Below are positions 29,232 through 39,208 of a stretch of 64,000 nucleotides of DNA, one piece after another. Position 1 is the stretch's first letter. The number at the start of each line of letters is the position of its first letter. This stretch comes from Candidatus Eiseniibacteriota bacterium (GTDB lineage: Bacteria; Eisenbacteria; RBG-16-71-46): the NCBI GenBank assembly GCA_963744995.1, contig CAVUWA010000002.1, forward strand, positions 576,001 to 640,000. Reading direction: 5' to 3'. A program made the translations under genes and the position numbers. Below the pieces are notes generated by a model. It did no database searches. It was not told the DNA's origin and was given only the letters and a program-made list of their open reading frames with translations.

Positions 29232-32200
29232 ATGACCACCTTCGACTCGCCCAGGCTCACGGGTCCCGCGATTCCGGCGGACCGCACGGCAGGACCGGGT
29301 TCCACCCGGACTGCCGCCAGCTTCCTGCTGGCGCATGGGGACGATCCGCGTCGCGAATCACGGCGGATCGCGTTCGGGCTGCTGGCCCTGGCCGTGGTGA
29401 GCATCGCCTTCCTCAACGTCGGCATCTATCAGAGCACCGAGGCGCGGCTGAGCGAAGACGGCTGGAAGACGCTGGTCGCTCATACCGAAGGGAAGCGCCA
29501 GGAGATCCGCGAGGTGATCGAGCGGTTCAAGGGCCAGGGGCGCTATCTGGCCGGGCAGCCGCTGATCCAGCGCTGGGCGCAGCGCGCCGCGAGCGGCACC
29601 CTGACCGACGCGGAGCGCAGCGCGCTGGTGCTGGAGCTGGAGCGCTCGGCGAAGAGCTTCGGCGACCTGAGCCTGGATCTCTTCGGGGTCGAGGGCCATT
29701 CGCTCGCCGAGCGTCCCGACTACCGGCCGGTCGAGAACGAGCGCATCGTCGAGATGGTGCGTGAAACCGCGGCCCACGGCCGGATCAGGGTCGCGGAAGT
29801 GCACGACGAACGTTCCGGCCAGCGGCTCGTGGCGCTCACCGCACCGGTCGAAGACGCGTCGGTGCATGCGCGCGCCGTGCTCGTCTGCTACTCCCGCGTC
29901 GGCGAGATGCTGGAGCCGGTGCTCTCCCAGTGGACCGGTATCGAAGGCCGCGCGGGCGCCTATCTCGTCTCGCGCGAGGGGCAGCGGTTCGCGTACCTGT
30001 CGATGCCTCCGGGCGAGACGCCGGCGACGCACGAGGCCCACGGCATGCTCAGCGATCCGCGGGTCCGCCCCGCAGCGATGGCGGTGATCGGGGTCGAAGC
30101 CTCCGTCGAGACGGTCGGTCCGGAAGGGCGGCGGATCTGGTCCGTGACGCGCATGATTCCCGAACTCGGCTGGGGGCTCGTCGGTCAGGTCGACCGCGAC
30201 GAGATGATGGCGGGCATGTCCCGCACGCTGTACGGGCTGCTGCTGCTCGATCTCGGCATGCTGGTGCTCGCGATCGCGGCGTTCTGGTTCTGGCGCCGGC
30301 AATACGCCACGGGGCTCGCGCAGCGCGAGATCGAGATCACCCGCCGGCACGCCGAGCGCGTGCAGGCCCTGTTCGACAACGCCTTCGACGCGATCGTCAC
30401 GTTCGGCGCCGACGGCCGCGTGCGCAGCGCGAATCGTGCCGCCGAGCGGTTGTTCGGGCGCACGGCGGCCGAGATGCAGAACCACCCGATCCGGCAGTTC
30501 CTGCGCGAAGCCAGGGATGGCGAGGACATCGCCTCGGAGGCCTCCGGGGGGAGCGGCGTCGTGCGGCGCTCCGAAGTGCTGAGCGTCACCGGCGACATCA
30601 CTCCCGTCGAGTACTCGCTCGGCCAGTCCGGTGAGGGCGAGGACTTCGTGCACACGGCGATCCTGCGCGACATCAGCGAGCGGGTCGAGGCGGAACGCCG
30701 GATCCACCAGTTCGCCGAGGGACTGGAAGACAGCAACCGCCGGCTCGAAGAGGTGAACGCGCAGCTCGAACAGGCATCCCGGCTCAAGACCGAGTTCCTC
30801 GCCAACACCTCGCACGAGCTGCGCACCCCGCTCAACGGCATGATCGGGTTCCTGCAGCTGGTGCTCGACGGTCTGTGCGACGGGCCGGCCGAGGAGCGCG
30901 ATTACCTGAAACAGGCGCTGCAGTGCTCCCGGCACCTGCTGGGGCTGATCAACGACGTTCTCGACATCGCCAAGATCGAGGCCGGCAAGCTGACGCTGGA
31001 GATCGGCCGCGTGCAGGTGCGCGAGCTGTTCGACGAAGTCTACACCGTGACGCACGTGCAGGCCGCGCAGAAGGGCATCAAGCTGGTGTTCGACGGTCCG
31101 CCCGACGCCCATGCGACCGTGCGCGCCGACTTCGGCAAGATCAAGCAGGTGCTGATCAATCTCGTCGGCAACAGCCTCAAGTTCACGCCGAGGGGAACGA
31201 TCGAAGTGCGGGCCCGCGCGCAGGAGCACGTCGGTCACTACATGTTCGAGGTCGTGGACACGGGAATCGGAATTCCGGCGGACCGCCAGAAGGTGATCTT
31301 CGAGAAGTTCACCCAGGGTGACGGCAGCACGACGCGGCGGTTCGGCGGCACCGGGCTCGGCCTCGCGATCTCGCGGAGCCTGGTGGAGCTGATGGGCGGG
31401 ATCATCGGCGTGCACAGCGAGGGCGAAGGCAAAGGGACGCGCATGTATTTCTCCCTGCCGGTCTGGCGTGACGAGGAGGAGCTGGAGGACGCGCAGGAGT
31501 CCGACATCGAGCAGATCGCGGGGCCGACGGGTGGCGCGCTGGCGCTGATCGTCGAAGACGATCCGACCTTCCGCAAGTACGTGGCTGCGGTGCTGAACGC
31601 GCGCGGCTACCGGACCATCGAAGCGCGCAGCGCAGAGGTCGGCTGGCTGCTGGCGCGCCGCCTGCGTCCGGCCGTGGTGATCCTCGACTACGCTCTCACC
31701 AGCGCGGAAGGGGCCACGCTGCGCACCGGATGGGATCTCGCCGAGCGCCTCGCCGGCGACGAGGAGACGCGCCGCATCCCGCTGGTGTTCGTGACCGGAT
31801 TCGAGGGCGAGGTGCGGGAACGGATGCGTTCGACCGCATTCAGCCGCCGCCCCGAGCACATGGTGAAGCCCATCGACGACCGCCAGCTGATCCGCAAGAT
31901 CGACGCCATGGTGGGCGACGTCGGCGAGGCGCAGATCCGGGTCCTGATGGCGGACGACGATCCGTCGGTCGCGGCCTACATCCACAAGGTGCTGCCGCGC
32001 GACCGCTACGTGGTGGAGATCGCCTCCAACGGTGAGGATTGTCTGCACATCCTGCGCCGTCAGCCGCGCGGTTTCGACATCCTGCTGCTGGACCTGATGA
32101 TGCCGGATTCGAGCGGCTACGACGTGCTGCGCGAGATGACGCTCACGCGCATGTGCGTGGACCTTCCGGTTCTGGTGCTCACGAACTATCCCGAGCCGCG

Positions 32201-32390
32201 CAGCGAAGAGGAACGCCGGCTGCTCCAGGAAGGCCTCGTGCTGGACGTCGTGCCCAAGTCGCGTGTCCACGACAACCCCAAGCTGCTGCCGCACGTCATC
32301 GACTGGCACGTGCAGGCGCGCTCCGAGGACACCGCCCGGTTGCGCCGCGCGTCGGGCATGGACGACATGCCCGGGGAGCGTGCCGCATGA
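29232..32390 (+). CDS. Membrane hybrid sensor histidine kinase (TM-extracytoplasmic sensor-TM-PAS-HisKA-HATPase-REC-REC)
   Basis: Two hydrophobic segments; PAS (ANRAAERLFG); SHELRTPLNG H-box; NLVGNSLKFT; DTGIGI; GGTGLGLAI; two receiver domains (LIVEDD, LMADDD). Confidence 0.95.
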   Translation: MTTFDSPRLTGPAIPADRTAGPGSTRTAASFLLAHGDDPRRESRRIAFGLLALAVVSIAFLNVGIYQSTEARLSEDGWKTLVAHTEGKRQEIREVIERFKGQGRYLAGQPLIQRWAQRAASGTLTDAERSALVLELERSAKSFGDLSLDLFGVEGHSLAERPDYRPVENERIVEMVRETAAHGRIRVAEVHDERSGQRLVALTAPVEDASVHARAVLVCYSRVGEMLEPVLSQWTGIEGRAGAYLVSREGQRFAYLSMPPGETPATHEAHGMLSDPRVRPAAMAVIGVEASVETVGPEGRRIWSVTRMIPELGWGLVGQVDRDEMMAGMSRTLYGLLLLDLGMLVLAIAAFWFWRRQYATGLAQREIEITRRHAERVQALFDNAFDAIVTFGADGRVRSANRAAERLFGRTAAEMQNHPIRQFLREARDGEDIASEASGGSGVVRRSEVLSVTGDITPVEYSLGQSGEGEDFVHTAILRDISERVEAERRIHQFAEGLEDSNRRLEEVNAQLEQASRLKTEFLANTSHELRTPLNGMIGFLQLVLDGLCDGPAEERDYLKQALQCSRHLLGLINDVLDIAKIEAGKLTLEIGRVQVRELFDEVYTVTHVQAAQKGIKLVFDGPPDAHATVRADFGKIKQVLINLVGNSLKFTPRGTIEVRARAQEHVGHYMFEVVDTGIGIPADRQKVIFEKFTQGDGSTTRRFGGTGLGLAISRSLVELMGGIIGVHSEGEGKGTRMYFSLPVWRDEEELEDAQESDIEQIAGPTGGALALIVEDDPTFRKYVAAVLNARGYRTIEARSAEVGWLLARRLRPAVVILDYALTSAEGATLRTGWDLAERLAGDEETRRIPLVFVTGFEGEVRERMRSTAFSRRPEHMVKPIDDRQLIRKIDAMVGDVGEAQIRVLMADDDPSVAAYIHKVLPRDRYVVEIASNGEDCLHILRRQPRGFDILLLDLMMPDSSGYDVLREMTLTRMCVDLPVLVLTNYPEPRSEEERRLLQEGLVLDVVPKSRVHDNPKLLPHVIDWHVQARSEDTARLRRASGMDDMPGERAA

Positions 32391-32785
32391 AGCACGTGCT
32401 CGTCGTCGAAGACGATCCGCAGAACGCCATGCTGTTCCGCAAGATCCTGGAGAAGCGCGGCGGCTACCGCGTGTCGCTGTCCGAGGACCCCGCCGAGATC
32501 CTCGCGATGGTCGACGTGGGCGTGGACCTCGTCGTCATGGACGTATCGCTGGCCCACTCGCACTACGAAGGCAGGCAGGTCAACGGCGTCGACATCTGCC
32601 GCCTCATCAAGCGCCACCCGCGGCGCGCCCATGTGCCGGTGATGCTGGCGACCGCGCATGCGATGCGCGGCGATGCCGAGAAGCTGATGGCCGAGAGCGG
32701 TGCGGACGGCTACGCATCGAAGCCGATCGTGGATCAGGTGGCGTTCGTGGAGCAGGTGGGCGCGCTGATGCGGGAGGCGGCGTGA
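32387..32785 (+). CDS. Single-domain response regulator (DevR/DivK-like)
   Basis: VLVVEDD, VVMDVSL, ATAHAM, SKP; ATGA overlap with kinase stop. Confidence 0.92.
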   Translation: MKHVLVVEDDPQNAMLFRKILEKRGGYRVSLSEDPAEILAMVDVGVDLVVMDVSLAHSHYEGRQVNGVDICRLIKRHPRRAHVPVMLATAHAMRGDAEKLMAESGADGYASKPIVDQVAFVEQVGALMREAA

Positions 32786-33432
32786 AACCCAACACGGAGA
32801 TCAAGGTGCTGGTGGTCGAGGACGACCCCTTCTTCCAGCGTGTCCTGCAGAAGCGGCTCACGGTGGACGGCTACCAGGTGCATACCGCGGGGGACGGGCG
32901 CGAGGGGATGAAGTCGATCGTGACGTTCGAACCCGACCTGGTGATCTCCGACTGGATGATGCCGGAGGTCGACGGCCTGGAACTGTGCCAGTCCGTGAAG
33001 ACCGGCCTCGGTGAAAACGCGCCGTATTTCATCCTGCTCACCGCAAAGGGTGAGATCAACGACCGGCTGCTCGGGCTGGAGACGGGGGCCGACGACTACC
33101 TCGTGAAGCCGTGTGATCAGGGCGAGCTCATGGCGCGCGTGCGGGCGGGGTTGCGCATCGTTCTGCTCTCGAAGCAGCTGCGGCAGACGATCGCCGAGCT
33201 GCGCGTCGCCAACACGGAGCTCGCGGCCATGAAGGACGCGCCTGCGCGGTTGATCGAGAAGCTGCCGATGTGCTCGGTGTGCCGGAACGTCCGCGACGAC
33301 GACGGGACCTGGCAGGCGCTCGACGTGTACCTGCTCGAGCGCGAACTGGCCGACTTCACCCACGGCATCTGCCCCGAATGCCGCACCGCCCATTACCCGA
33401 AGCTCGCGCCGGGGGCGCCGGGCGAGGAGTAG
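32782..33432 (+). CDS. Response regulator with C-terminal Cys-rich putative zinc-binding domain
   Basis: REC (VLVVEDD, SDWMMP, LTAK, DDYLVKP), coiled coil, CSVC...HGICPEC; GTGA overlap. Confidence 0.9.
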   Translation: MKPNTEIKVLVVEDDPFFQRVLQKRLTVDGYQVHTAGDGREGMKSIVTFEPDLVISDWMMPEVDGLELCQSVKTGLGENAPYFILLTAKGEINDRLLGLETGADDYLVKPCDQGELMARVRAGLRIVLLSKQLRQTIAELRVANTELAAMKDAPARLIEKLPMCSVCRNVRDDDGTWQALDVYLLERELADFTHGICPECRTAHYPKLAPGAPGEE

Positions 33433-33635
33433 GGCGGGGCCCTCCCCCCGGCCCGTCCGGCGGCCGGACGCCCCTGCGCGGGCGGCGGATGCCGGATGCC
33501 GGATCCCGGATCCCCTGCGGACCCTCGCCGGGACCCGGCCTGCCCGCGCCCGCGGCACCGCCCGGGCGTGTTTGGCCCCCCCGGCCCACCGCGCTAAGCT
33601 CTTCAGGTTCGCAGGCCGTCTCGAGGAGGAATGCC

Positions 33636-34400
33636 GTGGCTCGTCCGTTCTTGCTGGCCCTGAGCTTGCTCATCTGTGCCGTTCCCGCCGGGGCCGTCCG
33701 CGGCGCATGGGCGGCCGGCCCCGCGACGGCCGATACGGCGCTCGTCAAGGTCGGCGCCACCCACGCCTTCGTCGCCTGGCCGGGCGGCCACCGCGCCGCG
33801 CCGGTGGTGATCGTCGTCCATGAGTGGTGGGGGCTCAACGCGCAGATCCGCCGCACCGCGCGCCAGCTCGCCCGGCAGGGCTACGTGGCCGTCGTTCCCG
33901 ATCTCTACCACGGGCAGGTGGCCGGCGATGCCGAGGGCGCCCACGAGCTGTCGCGCGGCCTCGAGGACAAGGATGCCCTCGCCGATCTCGATGCCACGAT
34001 GGCGTGGCTCGCCACCGAGCCGCGCACGCGGGAGTCGCGAATCGGCGTCATGGGCTTCTGCATGGGCGGGCGCATCGCCGAGCTGATGGGCCTGCACTCG
34101 GACCACATCGCCGCGGTGGTGATGTTCTACGGGCGGCCGATCACCGACGCCGCGGAACTGGCGAAGCTGCACGCGCCGCTGATGGGCCACTTCGGCGGCG
34201 AGGACCGCGGCATTCCCGCCGAGCGCGTGGCGAAGCTCGAGGAGGGGCTCAAGGAGGCGGGCAAAGACGCGCAGATCTTCACCTACCCGGGTGCGGGGCA
34301 TGCGTTCATGAACGACTCGCGCGATTCGTTCCACCCGGACGCCGCGAAGCAGGCCTGGGCGCGCACGCTGTCGTTCCTCGGCCAGCAGCTCAAACGCTGA
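33636..34400 (+). CDS. Dienelactone hydrolase family protein with signal peptide
   Basis: HEWWGLN, GFCMGG nucleophile motif, GAGHAF; GTG start after GAGGAGGA. Confidence 0.92.
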   Translation: MARPFLLALSLLICAVPAGAVRGAWAAGPATADTALVKVGATHAFVAWPGGHRAAPVVIVVHEWWGLNAQIRRTARQLARQGYVAVVPDLYHGQVAGDAEGAHELSRGLEDKDALADLDATMAWLATEPRTRESRIGVMGFCMGGRIAELMGLHSDHIAAVVMFYGRPITDAAELAKLHAPLMGHFGGEDRGIPAERVAKLEEGLKEAGKDAQIFTYPGAGHAFMNDSRDSFHPDAAKQAWARTLSFLGQQLKR

Positions 34401-34402
34401 CG

Positions 34403-35410
34403 ATGCGCGTCCTGCTGGTCGGTGGTGCGGGCTTCATCGGCGGACACGTGAGCCGCGCCTTCCTCGAGGCCGGGCACGAGGTCAGCGTGATCAGCCGCGG
34501 CCGGCGTCCGGTGCCCGCGGGCGTCGAGCATCTGCGCGCCGATCGCGGCGACATCGAAGCGCTCAGCGCCGCGATCGAAGGCCGGCGCTTCGACTTCACC
34601 GTCGACTTCACCGCCTACGACGCCGCCGACGTCGAACGCCTGCTCCTGATTCCCTACGCCGCCCTCGGCCGCTACGTACTGATCTCATCGGGACAGGTCT
34701 ATCTGGTGACCGAGAACCCGCGGATGCCGTCGCCGGAGGAGGAAAGCGACCGCCCCATCACTCCCGAGCCCGAGCCGGATACCCGCGAACACGCGAACTG
34801 GGTCTACGGCGCCGGGAAGCGCCGCGCCGAGGGCGCCGTGCTCGCGCTGCGCGAGACGCACGGCGTGCGCAGCGTGATTCTGCGGCTGCCCATCGTCCAG
34901 GGGGAAGCCGACCACAGCCTCAGGCTCTGGGCCTACCTCGAGCGCCTGCTCGACGGCGGTCCGATCGTGCTGCCGGAGGGCGGTGTGCACCGCCTGCGGC
35001 ACGTCTACGCCGGGGACGTCGCGAACGCGATCCTGCGGCTGGCCGAGTCGCCGCCGCCCAGGTACGCGGTCTACAACCTGGCGCAGCCGGAGATCGTCAC
35101 GCTGCGCGAGCTGCTGACGCGCGTCGCGCTCGCCGCGCGCGTCGAACCGCACTTCGTCGACGCCACCTGGGAGGAGATCGTCGCCGCCGGCATCGATCCA
35201 TGGTTCTCGCCCTACGCCGGCAAGTGGTCCTCGATGCCCGATCCGGCACGTGCGGCGGAGTGGGGATTCATGGGGACGCGGCTCACCGACTACCTGCCGC
35301 GCGTGGTCGCCTGGCACCTGGAGAACCGCCCGGCGGAGAGTCACTTCGGCTATGCGGAGCGGCAGGCCGAACTGGCGCTGGCTGCCCGCCTGTCCCCTTC
35401 GGCATCGTGA
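34403..35410 (+). CDS. NAD-dependent epimerase/dehydratase family (atypical SDR)
   Basis: GGAGFIG Rossmann motif, ISSGQVY, YGAGK. Confidence 0.9.
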   Translation: MRVLLVGGAGFIGGHVSRAFLEAGHEVSVISRGRRPVPAGVEHLRADRGDIEALSAAIEGRRFDFTVDFTAYDAADVERLLLIPYAALGRYVLISSGQVYLVTENPRMPSPEEESDRPITPEPEPDTREHANWVYGAGKRRAEGAVLALRETHGVRSVILRLPIVQGEADHSLRLWAYLERLLDGGPIVLPEGGVHRLRHVYAGDVANAILRLAESPPPRYAVYNLAQPEIVTLRELLTRVALAARVEPHFVDATWEEIVAAGIDPWFSPYAGKWSSMPDPARAAEWGFMGTRLTDYLPRVVAWHLENRPAESHFGYAERQAELALAARLSPSAS

Positions 35411-35553
35411 CGCGTGGTCGTGCCTCCCGTTTCCGGCCCGTGCGGGCCGTACGGGCGCCGCGCCCCGGCGGCCCGCGCGCCGCGGCGGAGCCGGCTGCGG
35501 CGTGACGCTCAAGCCGGCCCGGCGGAGCGCCGAAAACGCACACACGGGGCGGC

Positions 35554-35583
35554 TTGACCGATTCGCTTCGGGCTGGCTACTCT
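35554..35583 (+). promoter_or_regulatory. Putative sigma-70 promoter of tRNA-Asn
   Basis: TTGACC-18 nt-TACTCT about 50 nt upstream of the tRNA. Confidence 0.5.
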
Positions 35584-35631
35584 CCCTCGCTCACGTTTGC
35601 CGGGGCCGATCCCACGGCCCGCACGGCATGC

Positions 35632-35706
35632 TCCTCGGTAGCTCAACGGTAGAGCATCCGGCTGTTAACCGGAGGGTTGTAGGTTCGAATCCTACCCGAG
35701 GAGCCA
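35632..35706 (+). tRNA. tRNA-Asn (GTT)
   Basis: Acceptor TCCTCGG/CCGAGGA, D-arm GCTC/GAGC, anticodon stem TCCGG-CTGTTAA-CCGGA, GTTCGAATC T-loop, encoded CCA. Confidence 0.98.
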
Positions 35707-35889
35707 TTTGCTTTCCCGGTCGCCGACCCGGCCCCGGGACCCGCCGTCCGCCAGGGACCCCGCGTCCGCAGGCGCGGCCGCCGCCGCCGCCCGCGACGTC
35801 CACCGCAACGGCGCCACTGCCCTCCGCGACAGCGGACGACCTGCGGGAATCGCATCGCATCGTGCGCTGCAGGACGATGCTTGCGCTGT

Positions 35890-38800
35890 TCAGCGTACGA
35901 GCGCGAAGCGCGCCCGCGCCGAGTACCCGGGCGCTTCGAAGCGTGCGAAGTAGAGTCCCGGCGGAACCCGCCGGCCGTACCGATCACGGCCGTCCCACGG
36001 CGTGACGCCCTCGTAGCCCGGCCCGACACCGTAGCGCGCGAGCAGGCGCCCGCTCACGTCGAAGATCCGTATGGTCCGCGGACCGGCGGCGACGTCCGCC
36101 GCCGCGAACCAACCGAGTTCCACGGCCCCCCGGGCGGGGTTGCGCACCGGGATGAGTCGTACGCCCCGCGCGAGGAGCGGCGTGGACTGGAGCACCGTCG
36201 CCAGGTTCGAGAGGGGGGAGACGTTTCCCGAAGCGTCCGTCGAGCGCACGGCGAAGTAGTAGTCCGTTCCCGCCGGCAGGCCGTCGAGCTTGATCTCCAT
36301 GCTGGCGCCCGCGGCGTCGACCACGCCCCTGACCGGCCGGGTCTCGAATTCGGCTGCCGTGAACGGACGGGAGGACGCGGCCGCCTCGTAGCGCACCGGA
36401 GCACCCTGCGGTCCCTCGTCGGGCACGCCCGTCCAGTGCAGGTCCACGCGCGTCGGGGCGGCGCGCGCGGCCTCGAGGTCCGTCACGGGGGGAGGCGCGA
36501 CATCGTCGTAGGGCGTGAGCGCCGGGACGCCGATCCGGCTGTGGGTCCGCGCCGGATTCCCCCCCGCGGTCGGCCATTCCGGCGCGCGCCAGGTGTTCTC
36601 GCCGGCGTCGTAGATCCAGAGCGAACCGTCGCTGCCGCTCCCCGCGACGATCTCCGTGGCGCCGTCGCCGTCCACGTCGCCGAGCACGGGGAATTCGCCG
36701 GCATCGCCCGGCAGTGGAAACCGCGCCGCGCGCGATCCGGTGGATGAGAAGGCCCGCAGCCCGTACCCGCCGACGCCGTTGTCGCATCCGAGCGTGATGC
36801 CCGTAGGGGAGAGCCAGGTCACGCCGCCCACGACGGGGGGCCCGGCGACGAGCCCGTCGGTCGTGCGCGGGAATCCCGGCAGGTAGGTGCCGCTGCCGTC
36901 GATCGCCGTGATCCGGTCGACCATGGGAACCACGATCTCGCTGCGGCCGTCGCCATCGAGGTCGGCTTCGGCCAGGCCGTCGACCGCGTAGACGGGAAGC
37001 GTGTGAGAGAAGACCAGCGCTCCGCCGGCGTCCCAGGCCGTGATCAGCGACCCGCCGGCCGCGACGACTTCCGGGCCCACCCCCTGCGCACCCGTCACGA
37101 CGATCACGTCGGCGGCAGGGAACAGGTGCTGCCGGGGCCAGCCCGGGAGCGTCGCGCCGGATCCGTCGATGGCGATGATCGTCCCGCTGGCGGCCGCGGC
37201 GACGATGTCCGCCCCCGGCGTGCCGCCCAGATCGGCCACCGCAAGCTTCAGGTTGGGCCCGGGAGACGCCACGCCGCGCGGGAAGCCATCCACGCTCGTG
37301 CCGTCCGCATGCCAGGCGTACACGCGGCCGTCGTCGCCGCCCCAGGTCAGCTCCGGCACGCCGTCGCCGTCGAGGTCGCCGAGCTCCGGCCCGATCCGGA
37401 CCGGGTCGCTGATCGACGTGGCGGCGACGGGCCAGCCGGGGACCGGATTGCCGAGCAGATCGTAGGCATGGATCTTCCGGTCGGCGCAGGGGACGTAGAT
37501 CACCGTGCCGAGGCCGGTGCCGGGATCGGCGGCCGCCATCATGCCGACCGGGGGTGCCGGCAGTGTGATGCGGCCGAGGGTCTCGCCGCTGCGACCGCCG
37601 ATGAACACGATCTCGCCGGTGTCGAGCGCGAAGGCCAGCCGCGCCTCGCCGCGCAATGCGGGGATGACCAGCGCCGGGCCTACCGAACGGCCTGCCGCGT
37701 GGAGATGGAACGAACGCGGGCCCTCGGTGAGCGCGCGACCGGCGTTGAGCCGGCCCGTGCCGTAGCCGGATACGCCCGGGTTCAGGTTCTCGATCGGATC
37801 GGTCGTTTCCATCAGCCGCAGCTTCACGTCGATCGGGGCGAGCGGCGGCAGGCCCTGTGCGCGGCGCCGAGACTGGAGGAGGGCGGCCGTCGCGGCCACG
37901 ATCGGTGCGGAGAACGACGTTCCGCTCGCGCCGGTCGTGTACGAGGGTTGCCGGTCGGTGAGACTGTCGCCGCCCGCGTGCGTGAGCGTGGTCGCCGGGA
38001 TGTTCAGCCCGGGCGCGCTCAGGGCGACCATAGGAAGCAGATTCGAGAACGGCGCGATGACGTCCGTGGGCCCGGTGGCGGCCACCGAGACGACCTCGGG
38101 CAGCTGTGCGGCGGCCGCCGGGGAGCCGTTGTTGCCGGACGAGAACACCACCGTGACACCCGCCCGCACGGCATCCTCGATCGCGGCGAGAAAGTAGTGG
38201 TCGGCGGTGCTGCCGAACGAGCAGTTGACCACGCTCGCGCCGTTCGCGACGGCGTAGGCGATCGCCTTCGCGGCGAAGCTCAGATCGACGAGTCCGATCG
38301 GGAAGTCCTGCGCCGACCAGCCGACGCGCAGCGGCATGATGCGGATGTCCGGCGCCATGCCCGCGATGCCGATCCGGTTGTTCGTGTGCGCGGCGGCGAC
38401 GCCGGACACGGCGGTGCCGTGTCCGGCGAAGTCGTTCGGATCGGGGTCCTCGTCGCGCCAGTCTTCGAGCGGGCGCACGTCGTCGGCGGTGGGCAGCGCG
38501 ACGAAATCCCAGCCCTGGACGTCGTCGACGTAGCCGTTACCGTCATCGTCCACGCCGGGCAGACCGTCCCGCTCCGCCGCGTTCCACCACAGCTGACCGG
38601 CGAGGTCCGGGTGATCGTGCAACACCCCGGTGTCGAGCACCGCGAGCACGATCGACGTGTCGCCGCGCGTGAGGTCCCAGGCTTCCGGCGCATGCACGTC
38701 GTGGCGCGAGAGCTGGTAGAGATGAGCGGAGACGTCCCACAGGGAGTCGTCCGGGAATCCGCTCACCGGCACGATCGCGACGGGCTCGGCGGAGGCGACA

Positions 38801-39156
38801 TCGGGCAGCGCGGCGAACGCCGCGGCGGCCGCGCGCGGATCGACGCCCGGGGGCAGGTCTGCCGCCCAGAACGAGCGGAGGTCCGCCAGCGGTCCGGCGA
38901 GACGGCCGGTGAACGCCGGAGCGAAGCCGCGCACACCGAGCCGCGCAGCGACGCGGTCGATGGCGGGCACGGCGAGCCGCGGCGTGGCGCCCCGCACGAC
39001 GCGGGTATCCACCTGCACGGCGGCATCCGGTGCGAGGCGCAGGATGATGCGGTCGTGGCGGTATCGAACGCCGGGGACGGCGGTCGGCGCCGCCTGGAGG
39101 GCCGCGCGGGCCGGGGCCGCGAGCAGCAGCGCCGCGAGTATCGCGGTTCGGATCAT
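35890..39156 (-). CDS. Secreted S8 (subtilisin) serine peptidase with FG-GAP-like repeats, FN3 and FlgD-like C-terminal domain
   Basis: Signal peptide; triad VLDTG / GHGTAVSG / GTSFSAP; GDLDGDG repeats; WDGRDRYGRRVPPGLYF tail. Confidence 0.92.
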   Translation of the reverse strand: MIRTAILAALLLAAPARAALQAAPTAVPGVRYRHDRIILRLAPDAAVQVDTRVVRGATPRLAVPAIDRVAARLGVRGFAPAFTGRLAGPLADLRSFWAADLPPGVDPRAAAAAFAALPDVASAEPVAIVPVSGFPDDSLWDVSAHLYQLSRHDVHAPEAWDLTRGDTSIVLAVLDTGVLHDHPDLAGQLWWNAAERDGLPGVDDDGNGYVDDVQGWDFVALPTADDVRPLEDWRDEDPDPNDFAGHGTAVSGVAAAHTNNRIGIAGMAPDIRIMPLRVGWSAQDFPIGLVDLSFAAKAIAYAVANGASVVNCSFGSTADHYFLAAIEDAVRAGVTVVFSSGNNGSPAAAAQLPEVVSVAATGPTDVIAPFSNLLPMVALSAPGLNIPATTLTHAGGDSLTDRQPSYTTGASGTSFSAPIVAATAALLQSRRRAQGLPPLAPIDVKLRLMETTDPIENLNPGVSGYGTGRLNAGRALTEGPRSFHLHAAGRSVGPALVIPALRGEARLAFALDTGEIVFIGGRSGETLGRITLPAPPVGMMAAADPGTGLGTVIYVPCADRKIHAYDLLGNPVPGWPVAATSISDPVRIGPELGDLDGDGVPELTWGGDDGRVYAWHADGTSVDGFPRGVASPGPNLKLAVADLGGTPGADIVAAAASGTIIAIDGSGATLPGWPRQHLFPAADVIVVTGAQGVGPEVVAAGGSLITAWDAGGALVFSHTLPVYAVDGLAEADLDGDGRSEIVVPMVDRITAIDGSGTYLPGFPRTTDGLVAGPPVVGGVTWLSPTGITLGCDNGVGGYGLRAFSSTGSRAARFPLPGDAGEFPVLGDVDGDGATEIVAGSGSDGSLWIYDAGENTWRAPEWPTAGGNPARTHSRIGVPALTPYDDVAPPPVTDLEAARAAPTRVDLHWTGVPDEGPQGAPVRYEAAASSRPFTAAEFETRPVRGVVDAAGASMEIKLDGLPAGTDYYFAVRSTDASGNVSPLSNLATVLQSTPLLARGVRLIPVRNPARGAVELGWFAAADVAAGPRTIRIFDVSGRLLARYGVGPGYEGVTPWDGRDRYGRRVPPGLYFARFEAPGYSARARFALVR

Positions 39157-39208
39157 CAGGGCCCCCCCGCCCGGCTGGAGGAACTGTAGCGGACGATGCG
39201 GCTTCGAT

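Noticed and set aside
29358..32309. 983-aa antisense ORF over the histidine kinase
   Set aside because: Codon-mirror shadow ORF with no domain signature
35632..35890. tRNA-Asn as a genomic-island integration site
   Set aside because: No integrase, no visible duplication of the tRNA 3' end in the window and no obvious compositional shift
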